Origin: an uncultured archaeon
Lineage (GTDB): Archaea; Nanobdellota; Nanobdellia; Pacearchaeales; GW2011-AR1
Direction: 5' to 3'
Assembly (NCBI GenBank): GCA_903831045.1
Contig: CAIKWG010000005.1
Span: 7,743 to 71,742, forward strand
DNA: 64,000 nt
A model generated the notes under the pieces. That model was not told the origin of the DNA. It saw nothing but the letters and a program-made list of their open reading frames with translations, and ran no database searches. Every line of letters begins with the position of its first letter. The first letter of the stretch is position 1. Shown piece after piece: positions 1-9,336 of this stretch. The position numbers and the translations under genes are program-made.

Positions 1-21
1 AATAGTTTTTATAGTTATCTT

Positions 22-552
22 TTACTTGCTTTTTGAACCCACAATCTTGTCAAAAAGTGGGGAAATATTATCAATAAGCGCGTTTCCTCCAGAAGAAGCT
101 ATTGCATAAAAAACAGACTTGGTTTTCACACCTTTTATTTTATTCATTAGATTGGACAAAAAGCTCGTGCATAGTTGGGGTTTATTATAAATAGAAAGAT
201 TTGTAATAGAATCAAAAACAATATAATCAAATTCGTGTTTCAAAAATTTAGAAATAACAAGAGATAATTCAGTTAAGGCCCCAGGAGAACTAATGTAATA
301 AACTTGGTCAGATTGGTCAGGAACATTCTTTATAGATTTAGAAATAGCGTCCACAAAAACAACATTTTTGGTATTTATCTTTTTCTTTTTGAATATTTCT
401 CTAAGAGAATCAAAAGTTTTATTAATTGTAACATAACAAACATTTTTACCTGAAAGACTTTTCATTACATTCAAAATAGAGGAATTATATTCTGCGCCAG
501 TCATGACTAAAAGTACATTCTGATTCTTAGAAAGTTCGTTTTTAATATTCAT
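22..552 (-). CDS. KaiC/RecA-superfamily-like domain protein without a recognisable Walker A motif (probable inactive signalling ATPase-like domain)
   Basis: 176 aa; alternating beta-alpha pattern typical of the KaiC/RadA fold (VLLVMTG..., VVFVDAIS, YIVFDSITNL), but no GxxxxGK[ST]; directly followed by three receiver-domain genes. Confidence 0.4.
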   Translation of the reverse strand: MNIKNELSKNQNVLLVMTGAEYNSSILNVMKSLSGKNVCYVTINKTFDSLREIFKKKKINTKNVVFVDAISKSIKNVPDQSDQVYYISSPGALTELSLVISKFLKHEFDYIVFDSITNLSIYNKPQLCTSFLSNLMNKIKGVKTKSVFYAIASSGGNALIDNISPLFDKIVGSKSK

Positions 553-553
553 T

Positions 554-907
554 TTATTTTACTAATTTCTTAACTTTCTTTAAAAGTTCATTTACATCAA
601 AAGGTTTCTGTATAAAATCCACAATGTTTTTTGATTTTGTTAATTCTTCTTTTTCAGCTTCAGAAGTTCTAACAACACTCAAAAAAGCTATTTTAGCTCC
701 CTTTAGTTGTGGGATTATTTCTTTAACGGGTGTACCGGGCATCATTATATCCATTAAGATTAGGTTTGATTTCTTAGCTTTCCATTTTTTTAATGCATCA
801 TCTGCACTTGTTGCAGTAATAACAGAATATCCTGCTTTCTCAAGTATAGTCCTAACGGTACTTCTAATATCTGCTTCATCATCCACAATCATTATTGTTT
901 TTGGCAT
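554..907 (-). CDS. stand-alone response regulator receiver (CheY-like REC) domain protein
   Basis: 117 aa; MIVDDE acidic pocket, phospho-acceptor-like LILMDIMMPG, conserved K in FIQKPF. Confidence 0.8.
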   Translation of the reverse strand: MPKTIMIVDDEADIRSTVRTILEKAGYSVITATSADDALKKWKAKKSNLILMDIMMPGTPVKEIIPQLKGAKIAFLSVVRTSEAEKEELTKSKNIVDFIQKPFDVNELLKKVKKLVK

Positions 908-933
908 TTTTCCCTCCTTATAAGTTTGATTAT

Positions 934-1272
934 TTATTTAATTGCTTTGAGCAAAGTTTGTTTTGAAAAAGGTTTTTGTATAAAACCATCAACACCTTCC
1001 ATATTAACCTCTTTTTTAGGAATAACTGATGCATAAATTATTTTTACCTTACCCTTCACTCTCTCTTTCATCAATCTTAGAAGATCATAACCCGATAGAG
1101 TTGGCATCATAATATCAATGATAATAACTGAAAATTTTTCAGCTAGAACATAATCCAACGCTTTTATCCCATTATTTGCAATTCTAACAACACACTTTTG
1201 TTTTTCAAGGAGTGCCTTCATTTCCTGGAGATCATCCAGATTATCATCAACAATTAGAATATTTTTCACCAT
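934..1272 (-). CDS. stand-alone response regulator receiver (CheY-like REC) domain protein
   Basis: 112 aa; ILIVDDN..., VIIIDIMMP, GFIQKPF; paralog of the neighbouring REC genes. Confidence 0.8.
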   Translation of the reverse strand: MVKNILIVDDNLDDLQEMKALLEKQKCVVRIANNGIKALDYVLAEKFSVIIIDIMMPTLSGYDLLRLMKERVKGKVKIIYASVIPKKEVNMEGVDGFIQKPFSKQTLLKAIK

Positions 1273-1319
1273 CTTCCTTCAATGAATAATAGTCGAAAGA
1301 CTATTTAAAACTTATTAAG

Positions 1320-1664
1320 TTAAACGTATTTTTTTACGTCAGCAATAAATCTTTTAGGATCAAGAGGTTTTTGAATAAATCCATTAGATCCCGACAAATT
1401 TACGTCCGGACGGGACATTACTGTGCAAAAAACTATCTTCGGATTTCCAATAGCTTCTTTTCTCATAAGCTTTAATACTTCTTCACCAGAAAATGGCATT
1501 CGAACATCTAAAAGAATAAGATTATACTTATTTTTTTTTGTCAATTCTACTGCTTTTCTACCATCTGGCTCTGTAATAACATTATATCCCTCCGGAGTAA
1601 GCAAACTTTTTATTGTAGATAGAATATCTTTTTCATCATCAACGACTAAAATACTTTTCACCAT
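1320..1664 (-). CDS. stand-alone response regulator receiver (CheY-like REC) domain protein
   Basis: 114 aa; ILVVDDE, LILLDVRMP, GFIQKPL. Confidence 0.8.
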   Translation of the reverse strand: MVKSILVVDDEKDILSTIKSLLTPEGYNVITEPDGRKAVELTKKNKYNLILLDVRMPFSGEEVLKLMRKEAIGNPKIVFCTVMSRPDVNLSGSNGFIQKPLDPKRFIADVKKYV

Positions 1665-1711
1665 CTTTATTTATTAAGGATTACTTATATATAAAGTTTT
1701 CACATTCTTTC

Positions 1712-2560
1712 CTAATTTGATTTTAAACTAAGTAGTTTATATTTGAAAAAGGCGCTTAGAATAAAAAGAAGATAAAAACAAACATACAAGAGGTCAATTG
1801 GATGCCCCGTATAATATGTTCCTTTTTCGCTCATGTTTACAAAAATCTTATCATAAACCAGTCTTGTTACAACTCCAAATACTAAAACTACGAAAAAGAT
1901 TAATTCAGGACTCTTAGAAATTAGCAGAGGATAAACTAGGCATAATAACATCAAAATCAGCACAAAATCATAGAGAATATATGTATCTTGAAGCGCATGA
2001 GCAAAAGTAAAAGTTCCTAGCGCAAGGTCTTCAGACATATCTTGATAAACAAGGAAAATTCCAGCAAGTGCAACAAGAGCAAGAAGAATATAAAAAATAA
2101 ATTTAGTAGATTTATCCCGAGTAGAAATAATAAAACTAACTGCTATAATTAAACAGATATAAGCTAAATTCCAAGCAAAATCTGGAATTCCTCCGATGGG
2201 AACAAGATTGTTCAAATAAACTTCATTAACCAGCCAGATTAAATCTCCAAAGAAAAATAAAAGAATCCCAATCATCATGAAAAAATAACTCTTTCTCTCC
2301 ACAAAGGATTCTCTTGGAATCTTAAAATATAAAATTACTGAAGCGATAAAAGCTAGAAAAGATGCTGAAGTAAGAAATATATTTCCAAGAACAGTATTAT
2401 GTTCAGAACCAAAAACATTAAATGAAAATAAAGCTTGTAAAACAAAAAGAATTAGGGATATTATAAAAATGGGAAGAATAGAATTCTTTTTTACTTTCCT
2501 AATTTCAGAACCATTATTTTTTTGTTTTGCTCTTTTAGACACAGTTTTTCTTACCATCAA
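1712..2560 (-). CDS. polytopic membrane protein of unknown function (about 8 TM segments), possible sensor partner of the REC cluster
   Basis: 282 aa, strongly hydrophobic periodic segments; no kinase or other catalytic motif recognised. Confidence 0.45.
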   Translation of the reverse strand: MMVRKTVSKRAKQKNNGSEIRKVKKNSILPIFIISLILFVLQALFSFNVFGSEHNTVLGNIFLTSASFLAFIASVILYFKIPRESFVERKSYFFMMIGILLFFFGDLIWLVNEVYLNNLVPIGGIPDFAWNLAYICLIIAVSFIISTRDKSTKFIFYILLALVALAGIFLVYQDMSEDLALGTFTFAHALQDTYILYDFVLILMLLCLVYPLLISKSPELIFFVVLVFGVVTRLVYDKIFVNMSEKGTYYTGHPIDLLYVCFYLLFILSAFFKYKLLSLKSN

Positions 2561-2793
2561 TTACTCTTTCTTTCTATACTAATCAAAGACTTTTTATTTT
2601 TAAATCTTTTTAGTTAACAATATTCTTAAAAACCTTCTACGCTTCTTCAAAATATGAAAAGAATAGACTTTAGGGACCAGATTGCAAAGAATAAAAGAAA
2701 GTCATTTTTTTACTTGCCGTAATATTAATTTTTTTAATTGCTCTAGGCTACGCAATCTCTTTTGCATTTAGTCCGGGATATTTTTTTATTATC

Positions 2794-3540
2794 ATGATAA
2801 TTGCAATAATATTCTCTATTCTTTATATTTGGATTGGATATTACAATTCAGACAAGATAGCAATAAAAAGTGTTGGAGCAAAAGAAATTAAGAGATCCAA
2901 TTCTCCTGAATATTGGGACCTAGTTGAAGGATTAACAATAGCTTCTGGGCTTCCAATGCCAAAGTTATATCTTATGGAATCTAATCAGATTAATGCATTT
3001 GCTTCTGGAAGAAATCCGAACAAAGCAGTAATTTGCGTGACCAAAGGAGCTCTACAAAAATTAACTAAAAGAGAACTTGAGGGAGTTTTAGCACATGAAC
3101 TCGGACACGTAGGAAATTATGATATTAGATATATGACTCTAGCAGCAGTTTTAGTAGGGATGATTTCTATAATATCAGAAATTTTCCTAAGAAGCCTTTG
3201 GTTCAGAGGAAGCAATGGAGACAGTGACGCTAACAAGCTACAGATAATTGCATTAATAATAGGAATAGCTCTGGCAATTTTAGCTCCAATAGTAGTCATG
3301 CTGGTTCAATTATCCATATCAAGAAAAAGAGAATACTCTGCAGATGCCACAGCAGTTAAATTCACAAGATACCCTGCCGGATTAATCGGAGCTTTAAAGA
3401 AAATTCAAACTGACTCTGCTCCTCCAGAAAAAAAAGTTAGCAAAGCACTTGCACCACTTTTCTTTGCAAATCCTCTAAAGAATGCTTTCTCTACTCATCC
3501 TCCATTGGAAGAAAGAATAAAGACTCTAGAAAGAATGTAA
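2794..3540 (+). CDS. htpX: HtpX-like M48 zinc metalloprotease (C-terminal 248 aa as called; the N-terminus probably continues from 2654 through a frameshift in a T7 run)
   Basis: HEXXH motif HELGHVGNYD plus typical HtpX sequence around it; an upstream ORF fragment MKRIDFRDQIAKNKRKSF... (2654-2722) becomes contiguous if one T is added in the run 2704-2710. Confidence 0.8.
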   Translation: MIIAIIFSILYIWIGYYNSDKIAIKSVGAKEIKRSNSPEYWDLVEGLTIASGLPMPKLYLMESNQINAFASGRNPNKAVICVTKGALQKLTKRELEGVLAHELGHVGNYDIRYMTLAAVLVGMISIISEIFLRSLWFRGSNGDSDANKLQIIALIIGIALAILAPIVVMLVQLSISRKREYSADATAVKFTRYPAGLIGALKKIQTDSAPPEKKVSKALAPLFFANPLKNAFSTHPPLEERIKTLERM

Positions 3541-3579
3541 TTTTGATAAATTTATAAATCTCAAACAGCTCACTAAATC

Positions 3580-4440
3580 ATGGGAATAATAAGAGGTGGA
3601 GCAATAACTATTTTAGGAATTCTCCTACTAATCACACTTTTTACAGGAAATATTTTTGCTACTGTCTCTGGTTCTCTAGAATATAATCAATTAAAACTTT
3701 CATTAACAAATGTTTCAAAAGAAGTAGTAAGTAACTATAATCTTCTAAATCAGTTAGAACAAGCTAAACCTTACATTCAAATGTATTGTCTAACTAACGA
3801 CAAGATTCAGTTCAATGAAAGTGGATTCAGTCTAGAAATTCCTTGCTCAGTCGCTCTTTCAGGCACAGACACAATTATCGAATACGAAGTAACAAATTTG
3901 GTAGATCAATTGTATTACAAGCAATATGATTGCGAATTTTGGCAATGTGTAAAAGAACAAAGCCCTCCTCTAGTTTTAATCTCAGAAAAATCCTATGAAT
4001 ATTGGAGAGCATTTTTCTATTGGTCAATTATTCTTTCAGTAATATTTTTCCTATTAATATTTCTCGTTGCAAAAAACAAAGCAACTCCATTTATCCTTTC
4101 TGGAATACTAATGATAATAACTGCACTTCCATTCAAGAATCTAAACTGGGTATTTAGTTTAATTCCAATAGGAGAGATAGCTAAATTCCTTTCCATCTTT
4201 TTTATGAAGGCTCATTCTGTATTTGTAGTAATGCTTATCCTAGGAATTTTATTCCTAGTTTTCGGAATTGTTCTTAGACTAACTGGAATTGGAAAAAAGA
4301 TGTCTTGGAATTATAAAAAAGATGAAGAAAGCAATAAACCTCTTCCATCAGAAAAAGATGTCATTTCTAAAAAAGAAATAAAAAAAATAGTAAGTGAAGA
4401 GATAAAAAAAACTCAGCAAGGAAGAAAAAAGAAAAAATAA
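3580..4440 (+). CDS. membrane protein of unknown function (N-terminal anchor, Cys-containing extracytoplasmic region, C-terminal TM bundle, Lys-rich tail)
   Basis: 286 aa; hydrophobic N-terminus and three or four C-terminal TM segments. Confidence 0.45.
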   Translation: MGIIRGGAITILGILLLITLFTGNIFATVSGSLEYNQLKLSLTNVSKEVVSNYNLLNQLEQAKPYIQMYCLTNDKIQFNESGFSLEIPCSVALSGTDTIIEYEVTNLVDQLYYKQYDCEFWQCVKEQSPPLVLISEKSYEYWRAFFYWSIILSVIFFLLIFLVAKNKATPFILSGILMIITALPFKNLNWVFSLIPIGEIAKFLSIFFMKAHSVFVVMLILGILFLVFGIVLRLTGIGKKMSWNYKKDEESNKPLPSEKDVISKKEIKKIVSEEIKKTQQGRKKKK

Positions 4441-4470
4441 TCTTATAAACTTATTTTTCTAACTATTTTA

Positions 4471-5391
4471 ATGAAGAAACCAAAGGCATTAGTTTTATTT
4501 TCAGGAGGACTAGACAGCAGGATAACAATTAAACTTCTTCAAGAACAAAAAATAGATGTGGAAGCAGTTTACATAAAACTTCCTTTTGGAACTGGATGCT
4601 GCACTAATTTTGGATGCGTCCTTAACTTTACTCAAATCCAAGGAGTAAAACTACATCAGATAGATGCAAGTCAGGGAAAACTCCTGCAAGAATATCTAAA
4701 CACAATAAAAAAACCTAAACATAACCGGGGGGCATCTATGAATCCCTGTCAGGATTGCAAAATATTTTTATTTAAACAAGCAAAAAAATTAGCAAAGAAA
4801 ATTAATGCTAATATAATTGCAACAGGAGAAGTCCTAGGACAGAGACCAATGTCTCAGATGAAAAAGCATCTTTTATTGGATGAAAAGGAAGCGGGATTGG
4901 AAAATAAAATACTCAGACCTCTCTCAGCAAAACTTCTTCCAGAAACCGAAGCAGAAAAAAAAGGATGGGTAGACAGAAGCAAGCTTCTAGATATTGAAGG
5001 CAGACAAAGAACAAAACAAATGCAATTAGCAAAACACTATCACCTTACCTATCCAACTCCTTCCGGAGGATGCCTTCTCTGTGAAAAGTCCATGAGAAAT
5101 AGATTTAAGCAAATTCTAAAAAGAAAACTAGACAAAAATTCTGTTAAATTTCTATCAATTGGAAGACACTTCCTAATAGATGATTCTTGGATTATTCTTG
5201 GAAGAAATGAAAAAGAAAACATCGTCCTAGAAAATACAAAAACAGGCAAATTAATCAATCCAGAATTTATGGCTCCAAGCGCAAGATATTTTGGAAAGAT
5301 AAAAAAATCAAGAGTTATAGAATTAATAAAAGCCTACTCCAATCAAGAACCCATAGAAACAAGAAAGAAATTTGAACAATTTAGATTATAA
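4471..5391 (+). CDS. PP-loop ATP pyrophosphatase, tRNA thiouridine-synthase-like (MnmA/ThiI-like, Cys-rich)
   Basis: N-terminal SGGLDS PP-loop; MNPCQDCK and SGGCLLCEKSMRNRF resemble the catalytic Cys regions of MnmA-type thiolases. Confidence 0.5.
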   Translation: MKKPKALVLFSGGLDSRITIKLLQEQKIDVEAVYIKLPFGTGCCTNFGCVLNFTQIQGVKLHQIDASQGKLLQEYLNTIKKPKHNRGASMNPCQDCKIFLFKQAKKLAKKINANIIATGEVLGQRPMSQMKKHLLLDEKEAGLENKILRPLSAKLLPETEAEKKGWVDRSKLLDIEGRQRTKQMQLAKHYHLTYPTPSGGCLLCEKSMRNRFKQILKRKLDKNSVKFLSIGRHFLIDDSWIILGRNEKENIVLENTKTGKLINPEFMAPSARYFGKIKKSRVIELIKAYSNQEPIETRKKFEQFRL

Positions 5392-5446
5392 CCCCATTTC
5401 TAATTAATAGTTAACAACATTCAAATAAGCCCCATAAAAAAAGTAA

Positions 5447-7648
5447 TTAATAATCTATAGAAAATTCTTCTTCATCTTTAGGCATTTCAGGAACCTTAAA
5501 ATCTACTTTTTGCTTTTCAGTTTCCTGTTTGGCAAAGTCTCTTTTTTGTCTGTCAACAAATCCTTCTAAAAATGTAGAATGCCCAGTTGAACTTGAACTA
5601 CCAAGAACACTCTTAGTAACAACATGAATTTTCATTCCTCCAACTTCTTTAGGTTCAGTTCTAACACTTGGAGGTAATCTCTTCCTAAATTCATCAAGTA
5701 AACATATATCTTCATTTGCTCTCAGAGCAACTTTTTTAGCACTAGTACTAAATGTTCCAAGAACCATAAATTTCAGAACTCCATTCTCTTCTTTAGTTAC
5801 AATAGTACCATAATTAAGAGCAATACCAAAATCAATTTTTTTCTTGAATTTTTTATTATGGTCCTTAAGGATATCTCTTGTTCGATTAGCAATCTCTAAC
5901 AATTTAGATTCATTATTAGCTGTTCTGGTTCTAGAAGGAGCAAGAAGAATAAACATTGCACCATTGCTGTTATAAATAAATCCTCTTTCATTTTCAACCA
6001 TCTGAGTTATACTCTGTAAGGTTTCAGAAACATTTCCATCACCATTACTAATATCATAATAATTTTTTAATCCGAGGCACATAACACTTGCATCCTGCTT
6101 CACACCGTCTATTGATAAAGCTAATTCAGCCCTAACCTTTGAAGATACAAGCATACTTTCTTTTTTTGCAACAGGATTGAATTGTCTATTGTTAATGTTT
6201 GAAGAACCGCTGGAAGGACTCGAAGATACACTTGGCCTTGGACTCAGTGCAACAAGTTCCTTAAACTCTCCACCTTTTTTGGAAGATTTAATCTTTTTAA
6301 TCTTAGATTCCTTATAGTTTCTACCGGAGTCTCTGAGTTTTCTTGCTCTCTTGAGATACACTCTTCTAAGCAATAAAAAAATAGCAATTAATAAAAGAAC
6401 AAGAATAAAAGTCCAGATAGCAGGATTCAGTGTAAAAGTTTTAGGGAATTCAGTAGAAATTTCTATTGCATTTCCGGTTAAATAAACTTCTTCAACAGCA
6501 TTTCCAACGCTAATCAAATATTCTCCTCTAGGAGCAGTAAGATAAAAAGTTTTTTCTTGACCAAAAGCCAATTCAGGATAAAAGCTTACAGTCTGATTTC
6601 CAATATTAATATCAATAGATTCGTTATACGGAACATTTCCAGTATTTTTAACAAAGAGTTTATTTTCTACTATTTGAAATTCAACAGCGGGATAAGCCAG
6701 AATTTCAAAGGATTCCATTTTATTTAATCCTTCAGAATAAACTGAAACAGCCCAGTTCTCAGGAGTTTGATTTACAGGAATAGCGTAACTAAATTCATTA
6801 TTTGTTCTTTCTTCAATTTTTTGTACTATTTCATCTTTAGCATTTTTTATTGCAGCATAAACTTTAGCATCAATAATTTGGCCTGTTTGATCCATCAGAA
6901 CAACTCTAGCAACAACACTTGTACCAGGTTGAATTTTATTACTAGTTAACAAAACTTCAAGAGTTGTAGGAATTTGATCGATTGTAACTTCATCAGAAAT
7001 TTCTCCCCTATTTAGAATCTCTCCACTAGAACTAGTTTCATAGGCATAAAGTTTAACAGCATGACTCCCAAATTTGAAATTTGCAGGAACATCAATGCTA
7101 ATACTAAAGGTCTCTCCTTTAACATCTGTAACTGAAAATAAATCTGCACTTTCTCCACCATCCAAAGTAAATTCAATTTTACCGTCTATACCAGCTCCAT
7201 TTTCTTTTTTAACAGTCCCAGTCAAAGTTAATTTTTCTCCTGGTTTAAATTTATCACTATGAGAATCCAAGTCTAGATTAATAACTTCAGAAATTTTAAC
7301 TTTTTCAACAAGTCTATTACTATAACTACCAAGATTATATTCTACATAACAATCTCCTTTAGAGGTTCCAATAAATTCCTGAACCAGAGGAATAGTCAAA
7401 TCTCTTTCTTTTATCCCGCCCACAGCCATAGAAAGAAATTCTTTGTAGATTTCAGTTTCTTTTAATCCACAAACAAGTTTAACACTAAAGATATTACTAA
7501 TTGCTTCATCAGCACTAATTTTAATTGGAAGATTTATTGTTTCTCCGAGGTTATAAATATCTTTTGCAGGAGTTGTTAATTCAACTGTTGCAGAGGCTAA
7601 ACTAATTAAAAATAATCCCAAAATTATGAATACAAATTCTTTCCTCAT
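5447..7648 (-). CDS. receptor-like type-I membrane protein: signal peptide, about 400-aa beta-rich ectodomain, single TM, cytoplasmic domain resembling a degenerate class III nucleotide-cyclase fold
   Basis: 733 aa; TM WTFILVLLLIAIFLLL followed by an RK-rich stretch; cytoplasmic KIDFGIALNYGTIV...GVLKFMVLGTFSTSAKKVA fits the RIGIhxGxvv...G..vn.A.r pattern, but the metal-binding Asp positions appear substituted. Confidence 0.4.
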   Translation of the reverse strand: MRKEFVFIILGLFLISLASATVELTTPAKDIYNLGETINLPIKISADEAISNIFSVKLVCGLKETEIYKEFLSMAVGGIKERDLTIPLVQEFIGTSKGDCYVEYNLGSYSNRLVEKVKISEVINLDLDSHSDKFKPGEKLTLTGTVKKENGAGIDGKIEFTLDGGESADLFSVTDVKGETFSISIDVPANFKFGSHAVKLYAYETSSSGEILNRGEISDEVTIDQIPTTLEVLLTSNKIQPGTSVVARVVLMDQTGQIIDAKVYAAIKNAKDEIVQKIEERTNNEFSYAIPVNQTPENWAVSVYSEGLNKMESFEILAYPAVEFQIVENKLFVKNTGNVPYNESIDINIGNQTVSFYPELAFGQEKTFYLTAPRGEYLISVGNAVEEVYLTGNAIEISTEFPKTFTLNPAIWTFILVLLLIAIFLLLRRVYLKRARKLRDSGRNYKESKIKKIKSSKKGGEFKELVALSPRPSVSSSPSSGSSNINNRQFNPVAKKESMLVSSKVRAELALSIDGVKQDASVMCLGLKNYYDISNGDGNVSETLQSITQMVENERGFIYNSNGAMFILLAPSRTRTANNESKLLEIANRTRDILKDHNKKFKKKIDFGIALNYGTIVTKEENGVLKFMVLGTFSTSAKKVALRANEDICLLDEFRKRLPPSVRTEPKEVGGMKIHVVTKSVLGSSSSTGHSTFLEGFVDRQKRDFAKQETEKQKVDFKVPEMPKDEEEFSIDY

Positions 7649-7744
7649 TTTTACCCCTTAATATAAAAAAAATACGTATAATTTATTTATAAACATTTGT
7701 GGTCAGGAAGTAATATTTATATACAATCTTTTCCTGAACAAACT

Positions 7745-8863
7745 ATGACAAAAGATGAGGTAAAAGTTACACCCTGGGAAGTTTCTGGAGCATTAAATTA
7801 TGAAAAATTAATAAAAGAGTTTGGAATTTCTCCACTAAAAGACCTTCCAGAAATTTTCAATAAAGAATTGGCCTACAGAAGAAAGATTATTTTTGCTCAC
7901 AGAGATATTCAAAGAATTCTTGAAGCAATCAAGAACAAAAAGAAATTTGTGATGATGACTGGTTTGATGCCCACAGGAAAATGTCATCTGGGCCATCTAA
8001 TGATTGTAAAGCAAATGGTATTTTTTCAAAATTTAGGAGCAAAAATTTATATTACCGTTGCAGATTTAGAAGCTTACAATGCTAGAGGGCAAACTCTTGA
8101 AGAATCAAAAAAAATTGCTCAAGATTATATACTAAATTATATTGCCATGGGATTAGATCTAAAGAAATGTGAAATTTATTTTCAATCAGAAAGAAGTAAA
8201 GATGCAAAAAAGTCAAATGCCTATTACAGATTACAAAATCTTCTGGCAAGACATGTAACATTTAATGAATTTAAGGCAGTTTATGGAGAAATCACTCCCG
8301 GAAAAATGTTATCTTCACTTTTGCAAGCTTCAGACATGCTTCATTCGCAATTGCCAGAGTTTGAAGGAAATTGCCCCGTAATTGTTCCAGTTGGAATTGA
8401 CCAAGACCCCCATCTAAGAATTGCAAGAGACCTATCCCAAAGAATAAAAAATCCCAATTTTATTCAATTAAGTTCAATCTACACTTTATTTTTGCCAGGA
8501 TTGGGAGGAGGAAAAATGTCTGCTTCAGATGCAACTTCATATATTGCTCCAACGGACACCCCAGAAGAAGTAAAGAAAAAGATTAACAAATATGCATTTT
8601 CAGGAGGACAAGCCACATTAGAAGAACATAGAAAGTTGGGAGGAAATCCAGACATAGATGTTTGCTTTCAATATCTCAAATTCATGTTTGAAGAAGATGA
8701 TAAAAAGCTTTCAAAAATAGAGAAAGACTATCGAGCAGGCAAACTTTTAACAGGAGAATTAAAACAATATACAATAGACAAAATAAATAATTTCCTAGCA
8801 GACCATCAAAAGAAAAGAAAAAAAGCAGAATCAGTTGTGAACCAGTTTATTTTTAAATCTTGA
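7745..8863 (+). CDS. trpS: tryptophanyl-tRNA synthetase (archaeal/eukaryal type); start moved to MTKDEV, while the ORF-track start 7697 is also possible
   Basis: HIGH-region variant PTGKCHLGHL, KMSAS (KMSKS) motif, class I Trp/Tyr family architecture. Confidence 0.85.
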   Translation: MTKDEVKVTPWEVSGALNYEKLIKEFGISPLKDLPEIFNKELAYRRKIIFAHRDIQRILEAIKNKKKFVMMTGLMPTGKCHLGHLMIVKQMVFFQNLGAKIYITVADLEAYNARGQTLEESKKIAQDYILNYIAMGLDLKKCEIYFQSERSKDAKKSNAYYRLQNLLARHVTFNEFKAVYGEITPGKMLSSLLQASDMLHSQLPEFEGNCPVIVPVGIDQDPHLRIARDLSQRIKNPNFIQLSSIYTLFLPGLGGGKMSASDATSYIAPTDTPEEVKKKINKYAFSGGQATLEEHRKLGGNPDIDVCFQYLKFMFEEDDKKLSKIEKDYRAGKLLTGELKQYTIDKINNFLADHQKKRKKAESVVNQFIFKS

Positions 8864-9328
8864 TTTAATACCATCAATCTCATTCTCAGAACAAAAACTA
8901 TCTAACATTATTTCAGGAGATTGCATATAAAAATACTTATTAATTAATTCCTCCAAATTGGTATAATTCCTTCTTTTGCAAGAATTAAATCTATTTCGAA
9001 TATTTCTGTTCATTTTTTCAAGAGTATTTACCTCCTGATAAAACTCTTTTGGCAAATGTTGAATAAAATCCTCACGACTATTAGTCAACCATCCGTAAAT
9101 TTTAATATTTTTATCTAATTTATTAAGCAAGTACAAACTTGACGTTCTATGATGCCCATCAATCAAAGGATTATAAGAAGAGTCTACATTCCAAGAAGCC
9201 ACAGGAACAATTATCTTTTTAGAATTATCTTTAAGATAGCTTAATAAAAAAGCTTCCATATCCTCATAAACCAAAATATCCTGAGTAGGTATAATATCTT
9301 TAAAGTCTAATTCAATGATTTTTCCCAT
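8831..9328 (-). CDS. ParB/sulfiredoxin-like nuclease domain protein
   Basis: 165 aa; LIDGHHR motif characteristic of the ParB N-terminal / Srx fold. Confidence 0.5.
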   Translation of the reverse strand: MGKIIELDFKDIIPTQDILVYEDMEAFLLSYLKDNSKKIIVPVASWNVDSSYNPLIDGHHRTSSLYLLNKLDKNIKIYGWLTNSREDFIQHLPKEFYQEVNTLEKMNRNIRNRFNSCKRRNYTNLEELINKYFYMQSPEIMLDSFCSENEIDGIKSRFKNKLVHN

Positions 9329-9336
9329 GACCTTAC

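Noticed and set aside
624-923. 99-aa plus-strand ORF antisense to the second receiver gene
   Set aside because: Entirely inside a well-supported minus-strand REC gene, with low-complexity hydrophobic translation typical of antisense frames in A/T-rich DNA. The same reasoning applies to 1423-1677, 3117-3299, 5049-5258, 6767-6949, 7074-7262, 10656-10910, 11637-11987, 12167-12367, 13073-13402, 14036-14218, 14922-15107, 15058-15570, 17327-17744, 17921-18342, 18543-18773, 24077-24757, 25118-25357, 26842-27169, 29358-29585, 31174-31473, 32485-32667, 33758-34003, 34597-34803, 35475-35949, 36163-36429, 38156-38383, 39100-39291, 41110-41433, 43083-43274, 43731-43970, 44969-45178, 45416-45613, 45674-45925, 46538-46795, 50826-51029, 52097-52663, 52471-52656, 53820-54122, 54679-54870, 55929-56459, 57117-57308, 58209-58415, 58669-59043, 59277-59507, 59833-60051 and 62747-62947.
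7697-7744. Upstream start of trpS at 7697 (MWSGSNIYIQSFPEQT extension)
   Set aside because: The extension is not TrpRS-like and sits in promoter-like A/T-rich sequence, so ATG 7745 (MTKDEV...) is preferred, though 7697 cannot be excluded.
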